A DNA stretch of 64,000 nucleotides from an uncultured Succiniclasticum sp. (GTDB lineage Bacteria > Bacillota > Negativicutes > Acidaminococcales > Acidaminococcaceae): assembly GCA_900544275.1 (NCBI GenBank), contig UQUU01000006.1, forward strand, positions 40,742 through 104,741, given 5' to 3'. This document shows positions 29,056 through 40,287 of this stretch, one piece after another. Positions within the stretch are counted from its first letter, which is position 1. The number at the start of each line of letters is the position of its first letter. Under the pieces are notes generated by a model, which saw only the letters and a program-made list of their open reading frames with translations, searched no databases and was not told the DNA's origin. Made by a program: the position numbers and the translations under genes.

Positions 29056-30903
29056 TTATTTCTTATCTTCATCCACTACTTCTGCGTCTACTACATCGTC
29101 ATCTGCTTTTTTGGCTTCTTCCGCGCCCTGCGCACCGCCTGCCGCACCCTGTGCCTTGTTGGCTTCTTCCGCCTGTTTGTACAGTTCGGAAGACAGTTCG
29201 TACAGAGGTTTGGTCAGGGCTTCGGTATCGGCTTTGATTTTATCGTTGTCGGTACCTTTCAGGTCTTCTTTCAGAGTTTCCATGGCGCTCTTTACTTTGG
29301 CTACCAGGTCGTCTTTGCCTTTGCCTTCCATGTCTTTAATAGTCTTTTCCGCCTGGTATACCAGAGAGTCGGCCTGGTTGCGTATTTCTACGCCTTCTTT
29401 ACGTTTTTTATCTGCGTCCGCGTTGGCTTCCGCTTCTTTCACCATCCGGTCCACTTCGTCCTTGCTCAGCGTGCCGGAAGATGTGATGGTGATCTTCTGT
29501 TCTTTGCCGGTGCCCAGATCTTTGGCGCTGACGTTAACGATACCATTGGCATCGATGTCGAAAGCCACTTCGATCTTCGGTACGCCACGGGGCGCTGCCG
29601 GAATTCCGCCCAGTTCAAAACGGCCCAGAGTCTTGTTATCAGAAGCCATTTCCCTCTCGCCCTGCAGAACGTGGATATCTACCGACGGCTGGTTATCGGT
29701 GGCCGTAGAGAATACCTGTTTGCGGGAGGTAGGAATGGTGGTGTTGCGGTCGATGATTTTGGTAAATACGCCGCCCAGGGTTTCAATGCCCAGAGACAGA
29801 GGCGTTACGTCCAGCAGCAGTACGTCTTTTACTTCCCCTGCCAGTACGCCGGCCTGAATGGCGGCGCCAATGGCCACGCACTCGTCCGGGTTCACGTTGC
29901 GGGTAGGTTCTTTGCCCATGATTCGTTTAATGGCTTCCTGTACCGCCGGAATTCGGGTAGAACCGCCTACCAAAATGACCTTATCGACCTGATCGGCAGA
30001 AAAACCGGCGTCGCTTAAGGCGCGCTGAGTCGGCCCCACGGTGCGCTCTACCAGGTCGGCGGTCATTTCTTCAAACTTCGCCCGGGTCAGGTTCATGTCC
30101 AGATGTTTCGGGCCATCGGCGCCTGCAGTAATAAAGGGCAGGTTGATGTTGGTGTTCACCATGCTGGACAGTTCGATCTTGGCTTTTTCGGCTGCTTCAC
30201 GCAGACGCTGCATCGCCATTTTATCGGCGGTCAGGTCAATGCCGTTTTCTTTTTTGAATTCGCCGGCCATCCATTCGACAATGCGGTTGTCAAAGTCGTC
30301 GCCGCCCAGATGGGTATCGCCGTTGGTGGCTTTTACTTCGAATACGCCGTCGCCTAATTCCAGAATACTTACGTCGAAGGTACCGCCGCCCAGGTCATAG
30401 ACCAGGATGGTGTGGTCGTCGCTCTTGTCGATACCGTAAGCCAGAGAGGCCGCCGTCGGTTCGTTGATGATGCGCAGCACTTCCAGACCGGCAATTTTAC
30501 CCGCGTCTTTGGTCGCCTGACGCTGGGAGTCGGAGAAGTAGGCCGGTACGGTGATAACAGCCTGGGTCACCGTTTCGCCCAGGTATTTTTCCGCATCGGC
30601 TTTCAGCTTCTGCAGCACCATAGCGGAAATTTCTTCCGGAGAGTATTTTTTATCGTCGATTTCTACCCGATAGCCGGCTTCGCCCATGTGACGTTTGATG
30701 GACGCGACAGTGCGGGCGGGGTTGGAAACAGCCTGGCGTTTAGCCATCTGCCCCACCAGACGCTGACCGTCCTTGGTGAAGCCTACAACGGACGGGGTCA
30801 GTCGGCTGCCTTCCGGGTTGGTGATGACGGTCGGTTCGCCGCCTTCCATTACTGCCACTACCGAGTTTGTGGTTCCCAAGTCAATACCGATTACTTTAGA
30901 CAT
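29056..30903 (-). CDS. dnaK: Molecular chaperone DnaK (Hsp70)
   Basis: Canonical Hsp70 ([18 protein letters not shown]). RBS AAGGAGGAATAAATC-ATG. Confidence 0.97.
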   Translation of the reverse strand: MSKVIGIDLGTTNSVVAVMEGGEPTVITNPEGSRLTPSVVGFTKDGQRLVGQMAKRQAVSNPARTVASIKRHMGEAGYRVEIDDKKYSPEEISAMVLQKLKADAEKYLGETVTQAVITVPAYFSDSQRQATKDAGKIAGLEVLRIINEPTAASLAYGIDKSDDHTILVYDLGGGTFDVSILELGDGVFEVKATNGDTHLGGDDFDNRIVEWMAGEFKKENGIDLTADKMAMQRLREAAEKAKIELSSMVNTNINLPFITAGADGPKHLDMNLTRAKFEEMTADLVERTVGPTQRALSDAGFSADQVDKVILVGGSTRIPAVQEAIKRIMGKEPTRNVNPDECVAIGAAIQAGVLAGEVKDVLLLDVTPLSLGIETLGGVFTKIIDRNTTIPTSRKQVFSTATDNQPSVDIHVLQGEREMASDNKTLGRFELGGIPAAPRGVPKIEVAFDIDANGIVNVSAKDLGTGKEQKITITSSGTLSKDEVDRMVKEAEANADADKKRKEGVEIRNQADSLVYQAEKTIKDMEGKGKDDLVAKVKSAMETLKEDLKGTDNDKIKADTEALTKPLYELSSELYKQAEEANKAQGAAGGAQGAEEAKKADDDVVDAEVVDEDKK

Positions 30904-30963
30904 GATTTATTCCTCCTTGATTGTTCCTGATTGTTTACTTACGTTTTTTGCTTTTTCCGTTTC

Positions 30964-31689
30964 TTACTCGTTGCTGATGACGCGCACTTTGCTGTGCCGC
31001 ACTACTTTTTCCCGCAGCACATAGCCTTTTTCAAAAACCATGTCGATGGTTTCGTCTTCCAGTTCCGGGTTTTGCCCCCGCATCACGGCTTCGTGCAGAT
31101 GAGGGTCAAACTTCTCGCCTTCTGCGGGGATCTCCGTCACGCCCAAGTCTTCCAGTGTTTTTACAAACTGCTTCTGGATCCCGGCCATGCCGTCAACCAC
31201 GCTCTGCACATCCGTTGCGTTTACCGCCGCCGCTTCTGCCCGGCCGAAGTTGTCCAATATTTTCAGGAAGCGGTTGACCACATCAATGGTCACATACGTG
31301 GAAAGTTCCTGACGCTCGGCCGTGTTCCGCCGGCGGAAGTTTTCAAAATCAGCCTGGAGCCGCAGCAAACGGTTCTGTAATTCTGTGGCTTCTTCTTCCT
31401 TTACTTTCAACTGGGCGGCTAAGGCTGTCAGCTTATCCTGCAGCGCATTGGCATCGGTTTCCGCCGCGCCTTCGCCTGCCTGGACTTCTTCCTGCCCTTC
31501 GGCCTTACCCTCTACGCTTACGTTCTCCCCTGCGGATACGTCGCCACCGCTTTTCCCCGGCGTATCGGCATCCTGCAGCAGTCCTTCTGCGGAAATCCCC
31601 GGCATCTCTGCCGGACCTGCCGCATTTTCCCTCTGCTCCCGGTTCATTTCTTCCGGGTTCTTTCCCTGTTCCATCTCCTCAGTGAACAA
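30964..31689 (-). CDS. grpE: Nucleotide exchange factor GrpE
   Basis: GrpE core (LQADFENFRRR). TTG start with AGGAGG 7 nt upstream. Confidence 0.9.
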   Translation of the reverse strand: MFTEEMEQGKNPEEMNREQRENAAGPAEMPGISAEGLLQDADTPGKSGGDVSAGENVSVEGKAEGQEEVQAGEGAAETDANALQDKLTALAAQLKVKEEEATELQNRLLRLQADFENFRRRNTAERQELSTYVTIDVVNRFLKILDNFGRAEAAAVNATDVQSVVDGMAGIQKQFVKTLEDLGVTEIPAEGEKFDPHLHEAVMRGQNPELEDETIDMVFEKGYVLREKVVRHSKVRVISNE

Positions 31690-31716
31690 TGTACTGCCTC
31701 CTTTACAGGCTTTTCT

Positions 31717-32742
31717 TTACTGTGAGTCGTTTAAAATAGTTTCCAGATATTTGTGCAGGTAATTCATGACGGCCATGACCTTGCGGTATTCCATCCGGGT
31801 CGGTCCCAGCACCGCCATGGTACCCACGATTTGTCCGTTCAGACGGTAGGTCGCCTGTACCATGCTGCAATCCTTAATGCCGGTAAATTTATTCTCGCTG
31901 CCGATGGTGACCTTTAAACCGGAATCATCCCCGGCGGAAAGAATATCTTTGACGACTTTTTCTTCTTCCAGGATACCCAAAAGATCCTTTACTCTGCTGA
32001 CATCCTGAAATTCCGGCTGATTGAGCAACTGTTTGGCGCCGCCCAAAAAGACTTTTTGTTCCTTATTTTTAGCTGCGATATTGTCAATGGCCTCTTTTAA
32101 CGAAGCCAGCAATACATCATCATGCGCGACCTGCGAATATACTTCCTGCAATAAATCGCCGGTGATTTCCGTCAACTTACGGTTTTTCAGCAAGTGGCTC
32201 ATTTTACCGGCCAGGTAATCCAACTGCCCCATGTCCATGTCCACAGGCAGTTCGATCAAACCGCTGTCCATGGCGCCATCGTCTGTCACAATACACATGA
32301 TGGCCTGCCGTTCATTCAGGGGCAAAAAGCGCAGGTATTGAAACCGGGCCCGGGAGCTTTTGTTGGCCACGACCAGAGACACATTCTGTGTCATACGGGA
32401 GAGGATCTTGGCGGTGGACTTGAAAATATCGTCCATGCTGCGGATCCGTTCCTTATACCAGCTGTTGATCAGGGCTCTGTCGTTTTCCGTAAGGTTTCCC
32501 GGTTCCTGCATGGAATCTACATACAGGCGGTACGCCAGTGCGGAAGGGACCCGTCCGGCCGAGGTATGCGGCTGTTCCAGATACCCCAGAAGTTCCAGGT
32601 CGCTCATTTCATTGCGAATGGTGGCCGGGCTCAGACCCAGGTCATGTTTGCGGGCGATAGTGCGTGAGCCTACCGGTTCCGCCGTTTCAATATAGTCTTC
32701 AATGATGATCTGCAGGATTTTTCGTTTTCGATCGTTTAACAT
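31717..32742 (-). CDS. hrcA: Heat-inducible transcription repressor HrcA
   Basis: HrcA family N-terminal winged helix-turn-helix (IEDYIETAEPVGSRTIA). Located immediately downstream of the CIRCE element. Confidence 0.92.
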   Translation of the reverse strand: MLNDRKRKILQIIIEDYIETAEPVGSRTIARKHDLGLSPATIRNEMSDLELLGYLEQPHTSAGRVPSALAYRLYVDSMQEPGNLTENDRALINSWYKERIRSMDDIFKSTAKILSRMTQNVSLVVANKSSRARFQYLRFLPLNERQAIMCIVTDDGAMDSGLIELPVDMDMGQLDYLAGKMSHLLKNRKLTEITGDLLQEVYSQVAHDDVLLASLKEAIDNIAAKNKEQKVFLGGAKQLLNQPEFQDVSRVKDLLGILEEEKVVKDILSAGDDSGLKVTIGSENKFTGIKDCSMVQATYRLNGQIVGTMAVLGPTRMEYRKVMAVMNYLHKYLETILNDSQ

Positions 32743-32853
32743 GATCCCACCTCATCTTATACAGTAGCTTTTACTGTAGCCTTGGCGGCAGTTTTTAGGA
32801 CAGTGCGTCTTTTCCCTGCGATATTCTTCCAAAACCACAGTTTTTCTTTTTTG

Positions 32854-32880
32854 TTAGCACTCATTCTTTTAGAGTGCTAA
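32854..32880 (-). promoter_or_regulatory. CIRCE operator (TTAGCACTC-N9-GAGTGCTAA), perfect consensus
   Basis: Exact 9-N9-9 inverted repeat, read from the sequence, about 110 bp upstream of hrcA. Confidence 0.9.
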
Positions 32881-32896
32881 TAGTTCCTACATTGTT

Positions 32897-32925
32897 AGGA
32901 TAGCATCCTGTCCTGTTCCTGTCAA
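32897..32925 (-). promoter_or_regulatory. Putative sigma-A promoter of hrcA-grpE-dnaK-dnaJ (TTGACA-N17-TATCCT)
   Basis: Minus-strand TTGACA at 32920-32925, a 17-nt spacer and a -10 at 32897-32902. It lies directly upstream of and abutting CIRCE. Confidence 0.5.
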
Positions 32926-33042
32926 TAGTCAAAAGGTAAAAATTTGTGTGTTCTTTGTGAATCATGGTGCGAAAGCCCAAAAGACCGCAAGTTGTAATTG
33001 CTCTGTTCCAGGTTGATTCTATCGACCGCATTGTCACTTGGT

Positions 33043-34527
33043 TTATGGTATAAATGCCTCAAACACTTGATTGCCGAAGCACATACCATAAGGGGTAAGG
33101 CATAAGCGATCCCCCTGTCGGGCAAGCATCTTTTTTTTGAAAAAGGGGGCCAGTTCCCTGCCAAACTGTGCCAGGATATCTACGCCAAAACGCTCCTGCA
33201 TTTCTGAAAGAGAAATTCCCTCTGTTAAGCGCAGTCCCATAATAATGGCTTCTGCCAGTTGTACTTCCGGAGATAACGGTTCTGTTTCCCGGCACGCTTT
33301 CACCGTAGCTTCTGTCCCCTGTTTTTGTGCCGAAGCAGCTCCACTATCAGGCATTGATGTTTTCGCGCCCCTGCAAGAAAGATTACCTATGGTAAGATTT
33401 TGACTATCATCAAAAGTTACGTTCTCTTGTGTCAAAGGTAATCCATTTTCCTCTCGCACCGGTTCCGCGTAACCCCTTTCTGCATTTTCCCAATACTGAA
33501 GGTACGTCTCCACATCCGTCGTATTCGTGTACCGTACCTGACCGGTAAAGGTGCAGGCTCCCACCCCAAAAGCCATGTAGGGCTCGTAGTGCCAGTACAC
33601 CAGATTATGGCGAGATTCACAGCCGGGCCGGGCATAGTTGGAAATTTCATAACGGCGCAAACCGTTTTCTTCCAATATATAGGTTGTCATTTCGTACATC
33701 CGGAGCGTTTCATCTTCTGTTGGCAGCACGGTCTGCCCTCGTGCCACTAATGCGTCCAGCGGCGTACCGGCTTCCAAAATCAAACTGTAAGCGGAGATGT
33801 GTTCTGTGTCCAGCCTTAACGCCTGTGCCAGCGTAGCCTGCCAGGAAGCCGCTGTCTGCCCCGGAATACCGCTCATCAGGTCGATATTGATTCGGGCAAA
33901 TCCGGCGTCTTTCGCCCAACGCACCGCTTCCTTTGCCTGCTGTACCGTATGAATGCGCCCCAGGGCTTTTAATTCAGCTTCCTGAAAACTTTGCACACCG
34001 AAGCTGATCCGATCAAACCCCATTTGGCGCAGCTGCACTAAGTCAGCCCTGGTCACCGTACCCGGATTGGCTTCGATCGTGGCTTCGGCCGGTTCCTTCC
34101 ACCAGCCGTTTTCTTTCAGGCAATGCACGATACACCCGATCTGCGTTGGTGAAAGCGTTGTGGGTGTGCCGCCCCCAAAATAAATCGTAGCGTTTTCGGC
34201 GGCAACAGTTGCGTCTGCCCCTTTTTTTTCGCCTTCAAGTCGGAAGTTCCCCATTACATCTTCCGTACCCGTTCCTTCTATTGCATGCCCGAGCGCAAAC
34301 AGGTTCGAATCTTCATTAGCCCTCTTAGCATTGGTAAGGTGACCGATTTCGCTTGTTGCATTAATGGGGTTGCGTCGGCAGGCAATCTCCCGGCACAAGG
34401 CTGCGACGTATCGCTTCCGCACGTCTGCGCTAAAACCCGCATACGAGGGAAAATCGCAATAACGGCATTTTTGCAAACAAAAAGGGGTATGTATGTATAC
34501 CCCTTGAAATAGTTCATAGCGTTTCAT
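33043..34527 (-). CDS. hemW: Radical SAM heme chaperone HemW (HemN-like, oxygen-independent coproporphyrinogen oxidase family)
   Basis: CLQKCRYCDF radical-SAM motif and a HemW-type C-terminus. It carries an insertion of about 70 aa. Its position between lepA and hrcA matches Bacillus. Confidence 0.8.
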   Translation of the reverse strand: MKRYELFQGVYIHTPFCLQKCRYCDFPSYAGFSADVRKRYVAALCREIACRRNPINATSEIGHLTNAKRANEDSNLFALGHAIEGTGTEDVMGNFRLEGEKKGADATVAAENATIYFGGGTPTTLSPTQIGCIVHCLKENGWWKEPAEATIEANPGTVTRADLVQLRQMGFDRISFGVQSFQEAELKALGRIHTVQQAKEAVRWAKDAGFARINIDLMSGIPGQTAASWQATLAQALRLDTEHISAYSLILEAGTPLDALVARGQTVLPTEDETLRMYEMTTYILEENGLRRYEISNYARPGCESRHNLVYWHYEPYMAFGVGACTFTGQVRYTNTTDVETYLQYWENAERGYAEPVREENGLPLTQENVTFDDSQNLTIGNLSCRGAKTSMPDSGAASAQKQGTEATVKACRETEPLSPEVQLAEAIIMGLRLTEGISLSEMQERFGVDILAQFGRELAPFFKKKMLARQGDRLCLTPYGMCFGNQVFEAFIP

Positions 34528-34536
34528 GTGATAAAA

Positions 34537-36342
34537 TTATCCTTTTTTTTCCATCCCCAGAATCGCCATAAAAGCTTCCTGCGGCAATTCTACGGTGCCA
34601 ACCTGCTTCATACGTTTTTTGCCGGCTTTCTGTTTTTCCAGCAGCTTACGTTTCCGGCTGATATCACCGCCATAGCATTTGGCCAACACATCCTTGCGCA
34701 ATGCCGCTACGTCTTCACGGGCGATGATCTTATTGCCGACGGCCGCCTGCACCGGAATCTGGAACTGCTGGCGGGGGATCAGGCTCCGCAGCCGTTCCAC
34801 CAGCTTGCGCCCCTGGAATTGAGCATTCTCCCGATGTACGACCGCCGACAGCGCATCCACCGGTTCGCCATTCAGCAGAATATCCACTTTCACCAGGTCG
34901 CTGGGGCGATAGCCCGCCAATTCATAGTCCAGAGAAGCATATCCCCGGCTGCAGCTTTTTAAACGATCGAAATAATCATAGATGATCTCCGACAAGGGCA
35001 GCGCATAGTGGATCATCACGCGATCCTCATCCAGATAGGTCATGTTTTCGTAATCGCCGCGTTTTTCCTGCGACAGCTCCATCACAGCGCCCACATAGTC
35101 TTTCGGCACGATGATCGTGGCATTTACATAAGGTTCTTCCACACTTACCATCACCGTGGGATCCGGGAACAAAGACGGATTGTCCACCAGTTCCACATCC
35201 CCATTGGTCCGATTGATCTGGTACACAACGTTAGGCGCGGTGGTAATCAAATCTAAATTGTACTCCCGTTCCAACCGTTCTTTGATGACGTCCATATGAA
35301 GCAGACCTAAAAAGCCGCAGCGGAAGCCAAAGCCCAGAGCGGTAGAGGTTTCCGGTTCAAACAGCAGGGATGCGTCATTCAGCTGGAGTTTTTCCAGCGC
35401 ATCCCGCAAATTATCGTAATCGCTATTATCCACCGGGTACAGTCCGCAGAAGACCATGGGGGTCGCTTTGCGGTAGCCGGGTAACGGTTCTGCCGCCGGG
35501 CGCGCCGCATCGGTCACCGTGTCGCCGACCCGGGCTTCGCCCACGGTTTTAATGGCCGCAGCCAGAAAACCTACGGTGCCGGCAGGCAGCACTTCCGCAC
35601 TGACAGGGGCCGGCTTAAAGACGCCCACTTCCGTCACTTCGTACACGACGCCGGTAGCCATCATCTGAATCTTCATGCCCCGACGGACTTCCCCGTCATA
35701 AATGCGCAGGTAAAGGATGACCCCTTTATAAGGATCAAACTTGGAGTCAAAGACCAGTGCTTTTAAGGGTTTGTGCGCGTCTCCTTCCGGCGGCGGTATC
35801 CGATGCACAATGGCTTCTAATATTTCTTCCACTCCCGCGCCGGTTTTCGCGCTGCACAGCACCGCTTCACTGGCATCGATACCGATGACATCTTCAATCT
35901 CTTTTTTGACCTTATCCGGATCAGCGCTGGGCAGATCAATTTTATTGATGACCGGAATGATTTCCATATCATTATCCAGTGCCAGATAGGTATTGGCCAG
36001 AGTCTGGGCTTCGATTCCCTGGGTGGCATCAATCACCAGAAGCGCGCCTTCACAAGCCGCCAGAGCACGGGATACTTCGTAGTTAAAATCCACATGGCCC
36101 GGCGTGTCAATAAAATTCAGCATATACTCTTCCCCGTTATGAGCGCGATATATGCTTTGCACCGCCTGATCTTTGATCGTAATGCCCCGTTCCCGTTCCA
36201 GGTCCATGGAGTCCAATATCTGCTCTTCCATTTCTCTTTTGGTCAGCGTGCCGGTCATCTCGATCAGCCGATCGGCTAACGTGGACTTGCCGTGGTCAAT
36301 GTGTGCGATAATCGAAAAATTGCGTATATGATCTTTTTGCAT
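34537..36342 (-). CDS. lepA: Elongation factor 4 (LepA)
   Basis: Canonical LepA GTPase ([15 protein letters not shown]). Confidence 0.97.
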   Translation of the reverse strand: MQKDHIRNFSIIAHIDHGKSTLADRLIEMTGTLTKREMEEQILDSMDLERERGITIKDQAVQSIYRAHNGEEYMLNFIDTPGHVDFNYEVSRALAACEGALLVIDATQGIEAQTLANTYLALDNDMEIIPVINKIDLPSADPDKVKKEIEDVIGIDASEAVLCSAKTGAGVEEILEAIVHRIPPPEGDAHKPLKALVFDSKFDPYKGVILYLRIYDGEVRRGMKIQMMATGVVYEVTEVGVFKPAPVSAEVLPAGTVGFLAAAIKTVGEARVGDTVTDAARPAAEPLPGYRKATPMVFCGLYPVDNSDYDNLRDALEKLQLNDASLLFEPETSTALGFGFRCGFLGLLHMDVIKERLEREYNLDLITTAPNVVYQINRTNGDVELVDNPSLFPDPTVMVSVEEPYVNATIIVPKDYVGAVMELSQEKRGDYENMTYLDEDRVMIHYALPLSEIIYDYFDRLKSCSRGYASLDYELAGYRPSDLVKVDILLNGEPVDALSAVVHRENAQFQGRKLVERLRSLIPRQQFQIPVQAAVGNKIIAREDVAALRKDVLAKCYGGDISRKRKLLEKQKAGKKRMKQVGTVELPQEAFMAILGMEKKG

Positions 36343-36490
36343 GTACGTGTTGCGGCGTTTGGCCGTTCCTTTCTTCTTAAATATTTTTCTGTATAACCAT
36401 ACTATATAATATTATGATACTTTTCTGCGATAGTGAACCGATTATTACCTATTATACATTAAAATACCCGTTTTGTGAAAAAAATTAATC

Positions 36491-36519
36491 TTGCATTACT
36501 GCCCCACCCGTGGTAAAAT
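36491..36519 (+). promoter_or_regulatory. Putative sigma-A promoter of rpsT (TTGCAT-N17-TAAAAT)
   Basis: Read from the sequence, about 35 nt upstream of the rpsT start. Confidence 0.45.
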
Positions 36520-36553
36520 ACTTTGGTAAAAGCTATTTTAGGAGGTGAATCGA

Positions 36554-36817
36554 TTGCCTAACATTAAATCTTCTATCCGCAGTGCAAAAACTGACGCAGA
36601 ACGCCGCGCTAAGAACGCCGCTGAAAAGACTGCCGTTCGTACCGCTGCTAAAAAAGTAGAACTCAAAGTTGCGGAAGGCAACAAGGCCGAAGCAGAAGCT
36701 TCTTTACGAGCTGCCAGCGGCTTAATTGATAAAGCAGCCCGCGGTGGTGTTATTTCCAAGAACTCCGCTGCTCGCAAAAAATCCAAACTGGCTAAAAAAG
36801 TTAATTCTGTTGAATAA
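36554..36817 (+). CDS. rpsT: 30S ribosomal protein S20
   Basis: (M)PNIKSSIRSAKTDAERRAKN... is S20. The TTG start at 36554 lies 6 nt after an AGGAGGTG RBS. The track ORF begins at an upstream GTG at 36545. Confidence 0.85.
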   Translation: MPNIKSSIRSAKTDAERRAKNAAEKTAVRTAAKKVELKVAEGNKAEAEASLRAASGLIDKAARGGVISKNSAARKKSKLAKKVNSVE

Positions 36818-36939
36818 TCTTTCCGGCGGAAGGATGCGTTTTTCTGTAACAGTTCTGTAGCAGAAAGCGGATTCCGTTCTACGCAGCCTCTTCCCTAATG
36901 AAGGGCTTCAACGAACCTTTCTTCCATGCGCTTTGGCAA

Positions 36940-36976
36940 AAAATCACCTGCTTACTTTTGGTAAGCAGGTTTTTTG
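36940..36976. terminator. Bidirectional terminator between rpsT and nrdR
   Basis: A6-cacctgcttac-ttttg-gtaagcaggt-T6. Confidence 0.6.
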
Positions 36977-37017
36977 TGGTGTGTTTTACATTTCATAGTT
37001 TAGCTTTTCTGCTTTGC

Positions 37018-37518
37018 TCAGGGCTTAGCGTCCGGCACCGTTTTTTTCTCCGCGCCGGAATTCTTATTGTTTGCCATCAGCTGTTGCAGTTCCTGCATAA
37101 AGTTTTGTACATCGGCAAACTGGCGGTAGACCGAGGCAAAACGCACATAGGCGATTTGATCCACCTTGGCCAGATGTTCCATGACCATTTCGCCGATTTC
37201 CCGACTGCTGATTTCGGATTCTCCTTTTAAGCGCAGTTCTCTTTCAATATTATGGGCCATGTCCTGAATCGTTTCCAGGGACACCGGACGTTTTTCAAAA
37301 GCTTTTAATAAGCCGCTTAAGAGTTTGCCGGTATCAAACAATTCCCGACGTCCGTCTTTTTTACTCACCACCAACGGTGTTTCTTCGTATTTTTCATAGG
37401 TAGTAAAGCGCCGCAAACAGTGCGGACATTCCCGACGGCGGCGGATAGACACGCCATTCTCCACGGAACGGGAATCTATGACTCGGCTGTCTTCATGAGA
37501 ACAAAACGGACACTTCAT
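37018..37518 (-). CDS. nrdR: Transcriptional repressor NrdR
   Basis: Zinc ribbon CPFC..CPHC plus an ATP-cone domain. Confidence 0.92.
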   Translation of the reverse strand: MKCPFCSHEDSRVIDSRSVENGVSIRRRRECPHCLRRFTTYEKYEETPLVVSKKDGRRELFDTGKLLSGLLKAFEKRPVSLETIQDMAHNIERELRLKGESEISSREIGEMVMEHLAKVDQIAYVRFASVYRQFADVQNFMQELQQLMANNKNSGAEKKTVPDAKP

Positions 37519-37642
37519 GGGCTCACATCCTTTGCGTTAGTAAAATCACTGACCTGGCTGAAAATAAAACGATAATGGAAACACGGCGATATAACCTATA
37601 TATAACAAAGCGGCAGCTCACGCTGCCGCATCAAATCACAGA

Positions 37643-38857
37643 TCAACGGCCCATCCAGGGAGGAATTTCCGTGTTTCCGCCCCCGGATGATTTACCGGGG
37701 TTAAAACCGGAGATCACGGAACTGCCATTACCGGGCTGTGGTTCCTGCGCAGTCGGAGCAGATGCAGCCGGTTTGATCACTGTAGCTTTGGGTTCTTGAC
37801 GAGTGTCGGTCCGGGTACGTCCACCGCCCCAGCCGCTGCCCGGCGTTTTAATGGTAGACGTGCCGCCCAGAGCAGGATTTTTACTATTGAATCCGGTAGC
37901 AATTACCGTTACGCGGATCTCATCATCCAGATTTTCATCGATCACGGCGCCAAAGATGATGTTGGCTTCCGGATCCACGGCTTCCGTGATTGCATTGGAC
38001 GCTTCATTCACGTCAAACAGGGACAGATCTTTGCCGCCTGTAATGTTGAACAGTACGCCCCGGGCGCCTTCGATCGAGGCTTCCAGCAACGGGCTCTTGA
38101 TTGCCGCTTCCGCCGCTTCCACCGCGCCGTTGTCGCCTTTTGCCGTACCAATGCCCATTAAAGCCGAACCGGCATTGGACATAATGGTCTTCACGTCAGC
38201 AAAATCTGCGTTGATCAGGCCCGGTACGGAAATCAAATCCGAAATGCCCTGTACGCCCTGACGCAACACATCATCGGCGATGCGGAACGCATCCAGCATA
38301 CTGGTCCGACGGTCAATTACCTGTAATAAACGGTCGTTGGGAATGGTGATCAGGGTATCCACACGGTCTTTTAAGTTGACGATGCCGGCTTCCGCCTGAT
38401 TCATCCGCCGTTTGCCTTCAAAAGAAAAGGGTTTTGTCACCACGCCGACAGTCAGCGCGCCTGCCTGCCTGGCACAATCCGCCACGATGGGAGCTGCGCC
38501 GGTACCGGTACCGCCGCCCATACCGGCTGTGACAAACACCATATCCGCGCCTTGCAATTCTTCAATCAGCTGATCGCGGGATTCTTCGGCCGCTTTTTGC
38601 CCGATTTCCGGATTGGCGCCGGCGCCCAGACCTTTCGTTAATTTTTCACCAATCTGGATACGATTTTGCGCCTTGGATAAAAACAAAGCCTGCGCATCGC
38701 AGTTCACCGCAATAAAATCCACGCCCCGCAAGCCGGCCGTAATCATGCGATTGACCGCATTATTGCCGCCACCACCTACGCCGACAACTTTAATTTTAGC
38801 TAAAGTTTCCGGAATTATGTCAGATACTGTCGGATTGTTCGTGATATCTTCAAACAT
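37643..38857 (-). CDS. ftsZ: Cell division GTPase FtsZ
   Basis: GGGTGTG tubulin signature. Confidence 0.97.
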   Translation of the reverse strand: MFEDITNNPTVSDIIPETLAKIKVVGVGGGGNNAVNRMITAGLRGVDFIAVNCDAQALFLSKAQNRIQIGEKLTKGLGAGANPEIGQKAAEESRDQLIEELQGADMVFVTAGMGGGTGTGAAPIVADCARQAGALTVGVVTKPFSFEGKRRMNQAEAGIVNLKDRVDTLITIPNDRLLQVIDRRTSMLDAFRIADDVLRQGVQGISDLISVPGLINADFADVKTIMSNAGSALMGIGTAKGDNGAVEAAEAAIKSPLLEASIEGARGVLFNITGGKDLSLFDVNEASNAITEAVDPEANIIFGAVIDENLDDEIRVTVIATGFNSKNPALGGTSTIKTPGSGWGGGRTRTDTRQEPKATVIKPAASAPTAQEPQPGNGSSVISGFNPGKSSGGGNTEIPPWMGR

Positions 38858-38995
38858 CGCTAAGTTCCCCCTACTTTCTCTATCATAGAATCATTATAAC
38901 ATTCTATGAAAAAATGGAAAAGCCAATTTCAAAATTAATTTACAATAATTTCTTTAACAGAGAGTCTGACTAATAGAAGTAATCCTTTTCACTCC

Positions 38996-39325
38996 CTATT
39001 TTTTCAGGTACAGGCGGCGGATGATCGCCAGATTATTAAAGATACGCATGCCCAGTACCAGAATGACGATCATATAAAAATCAATGTCCAACATGATGCC
39101 CGCATAACAGAAGAACACGGCCAGAATGATATTTACCAGAAAACCGGAAAGAAATACCAGATTATCGTAATTCCCTTCCATGGCGGCGCGCAAGCCGCCA
39201 AACGCCGTATCGATACCGGCCATCAGCGCCACAGAGAAATAAGGCACGTAAATTTTCGGAATATAACCGGGGGCCAAAATAGCCAACGCCACTCCTAAAA
39301 CCAAACCCAAAAGCGCGTAGATCAT
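38996..39325 (-). CDS. sbp: Small basic protein Sbp (YlxX family, DUF1290)
   Basis: 109-aa membrane protein directly upstream of ftsZ. Overlaps the DUF881 gene by 4 nt (ATGA). Confidence 0.7.
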   Translation of the reverse strand: MIYALLGLVLGVALAILAPGYIPKIYVPYFSVALMAGIDTAFGGLRAAMEGNYDNLVFLSGFLVNIILAVFFCYAGIMLDIDFYMIVILVLGMRIFNNLAIIRRLYLKK

Positions 39326-40122
39326 TTGGCACCTCCCTGCGTTCCGGAGGTCGCTTCTTGTGTTGTCTGTTTTTCTGCTTCCGGTTGCTTCGTTTTTTCT
39401 GTTTCCGCCTTTTCCGCTTTTTCTACTTTTTCTGCCTCCGATTTCACGACTTTGGCAAACTCAAAACTCTTTTTTCCGGAAGCGGCAGGAATCCTGACTT
39501 TATCCTGTTTTTCCACTTCGGCTTTAATACCCCAGAATTTAAAGTTTTCCAATACGCCGCCCCGCAGTTTTAAAGAGCTTTCCAGGGTTTGCGGATTGCC
39601 GATCGCCGAAATAATAAAGGGCGCTGCCAACCGGGTCTCGTTGACCAGGACCGTGGGCCCCACACAACGGACTTCGCTGGTAGACACCAGACGCTGCCCA
39701 TTCAGTGCAATGGCTTCCGCACCAGCCGCCCGCAGTTCATTAATGACCCGAAGCAGGTCTTCGTCATGTATAATATAAAGATTTTTATTTTCTCCGGCTT
39801 TAATGGCCTGATTACTGTCATCTATGGTCAGGATAACGCCCTTACCTTCCAGCGCAGTTTCCCCGGCCCGGGAACGCAGCGCCTCCATCTCTTTCTGCAC
39901 GGTATCCGACACCCGTCCGGCACGATATTCGGACAGTTCCTTGTCCAGTTTATCCCGATCGGCCTGCACTTCCTTCAGGCGCACGGACAATTCTTCCGCA
40001 CGCTGCACCGATACAGTCTGGTAGCGTTGCTGTGACTTCAGCTGCATAGTGATCATGAAACCTAACACGGCACACACGATGAAGATCAGAATACGTGTAT
40101 GCTTGTTTTTGATCGTCAGCAT
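39322..40122 (-). CDS. DUF881 (YlxW-like) division-associated membrane protein
   Basis: N-terminal transmembrane segment, coiled coil and DUF881-type C-terminus. Sits in the ylxW position of the Firmicute dcw cluster. Confidence 0.7.
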   Translation of the reverse strand: MLTIKNKHTRILIFIVCAVLGFMITMQLKSQQRYQTVSVQRAEELSVRLKEVQADRDKLDKELSEYRAGRVSDTVQKEMEALRSRAGETALEGKGVILTIDDSNQAIKAGENKNLYIIHDEDLLRVINELRAAGAEAIALNGQRLVSTSEVRCVGPTVLVNETRLAAPFIISAIGNPQTLESSLKLRGGVLENFKFWGIKAEVEKQDKVRIPAASGKKSFEFAKVVKSEAEKVEKAEKAETEKTKQPEAEKQTTQEATSGTQGGAK

Positions 40123-40287
40123 AATTTCTCTTTCCTCTTATTCTTTCTAAATTACTCATTTTAAGTTTGCTCATTCTAAGTTTTTTCTAAGTTCTTTGGC
40201 TAACGTTTTACTTACTCAAACTCTTAGTTTTTGCTCTTATTTATCTTGTATTCCGTATTTTCACTTTGCCGGTTCGCAAAATAACGA

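Noticed and set aside
27957-29237. 426-aa ORF on the + strand antisense to dnaJ and the dnaK 3' end
   Set aside because: dnaJ and dnaK are unambiguous. The antisense frame is His/Gly/Ala-rich, reflecting the complement of Gly/Cys-rich dnaJ codons.
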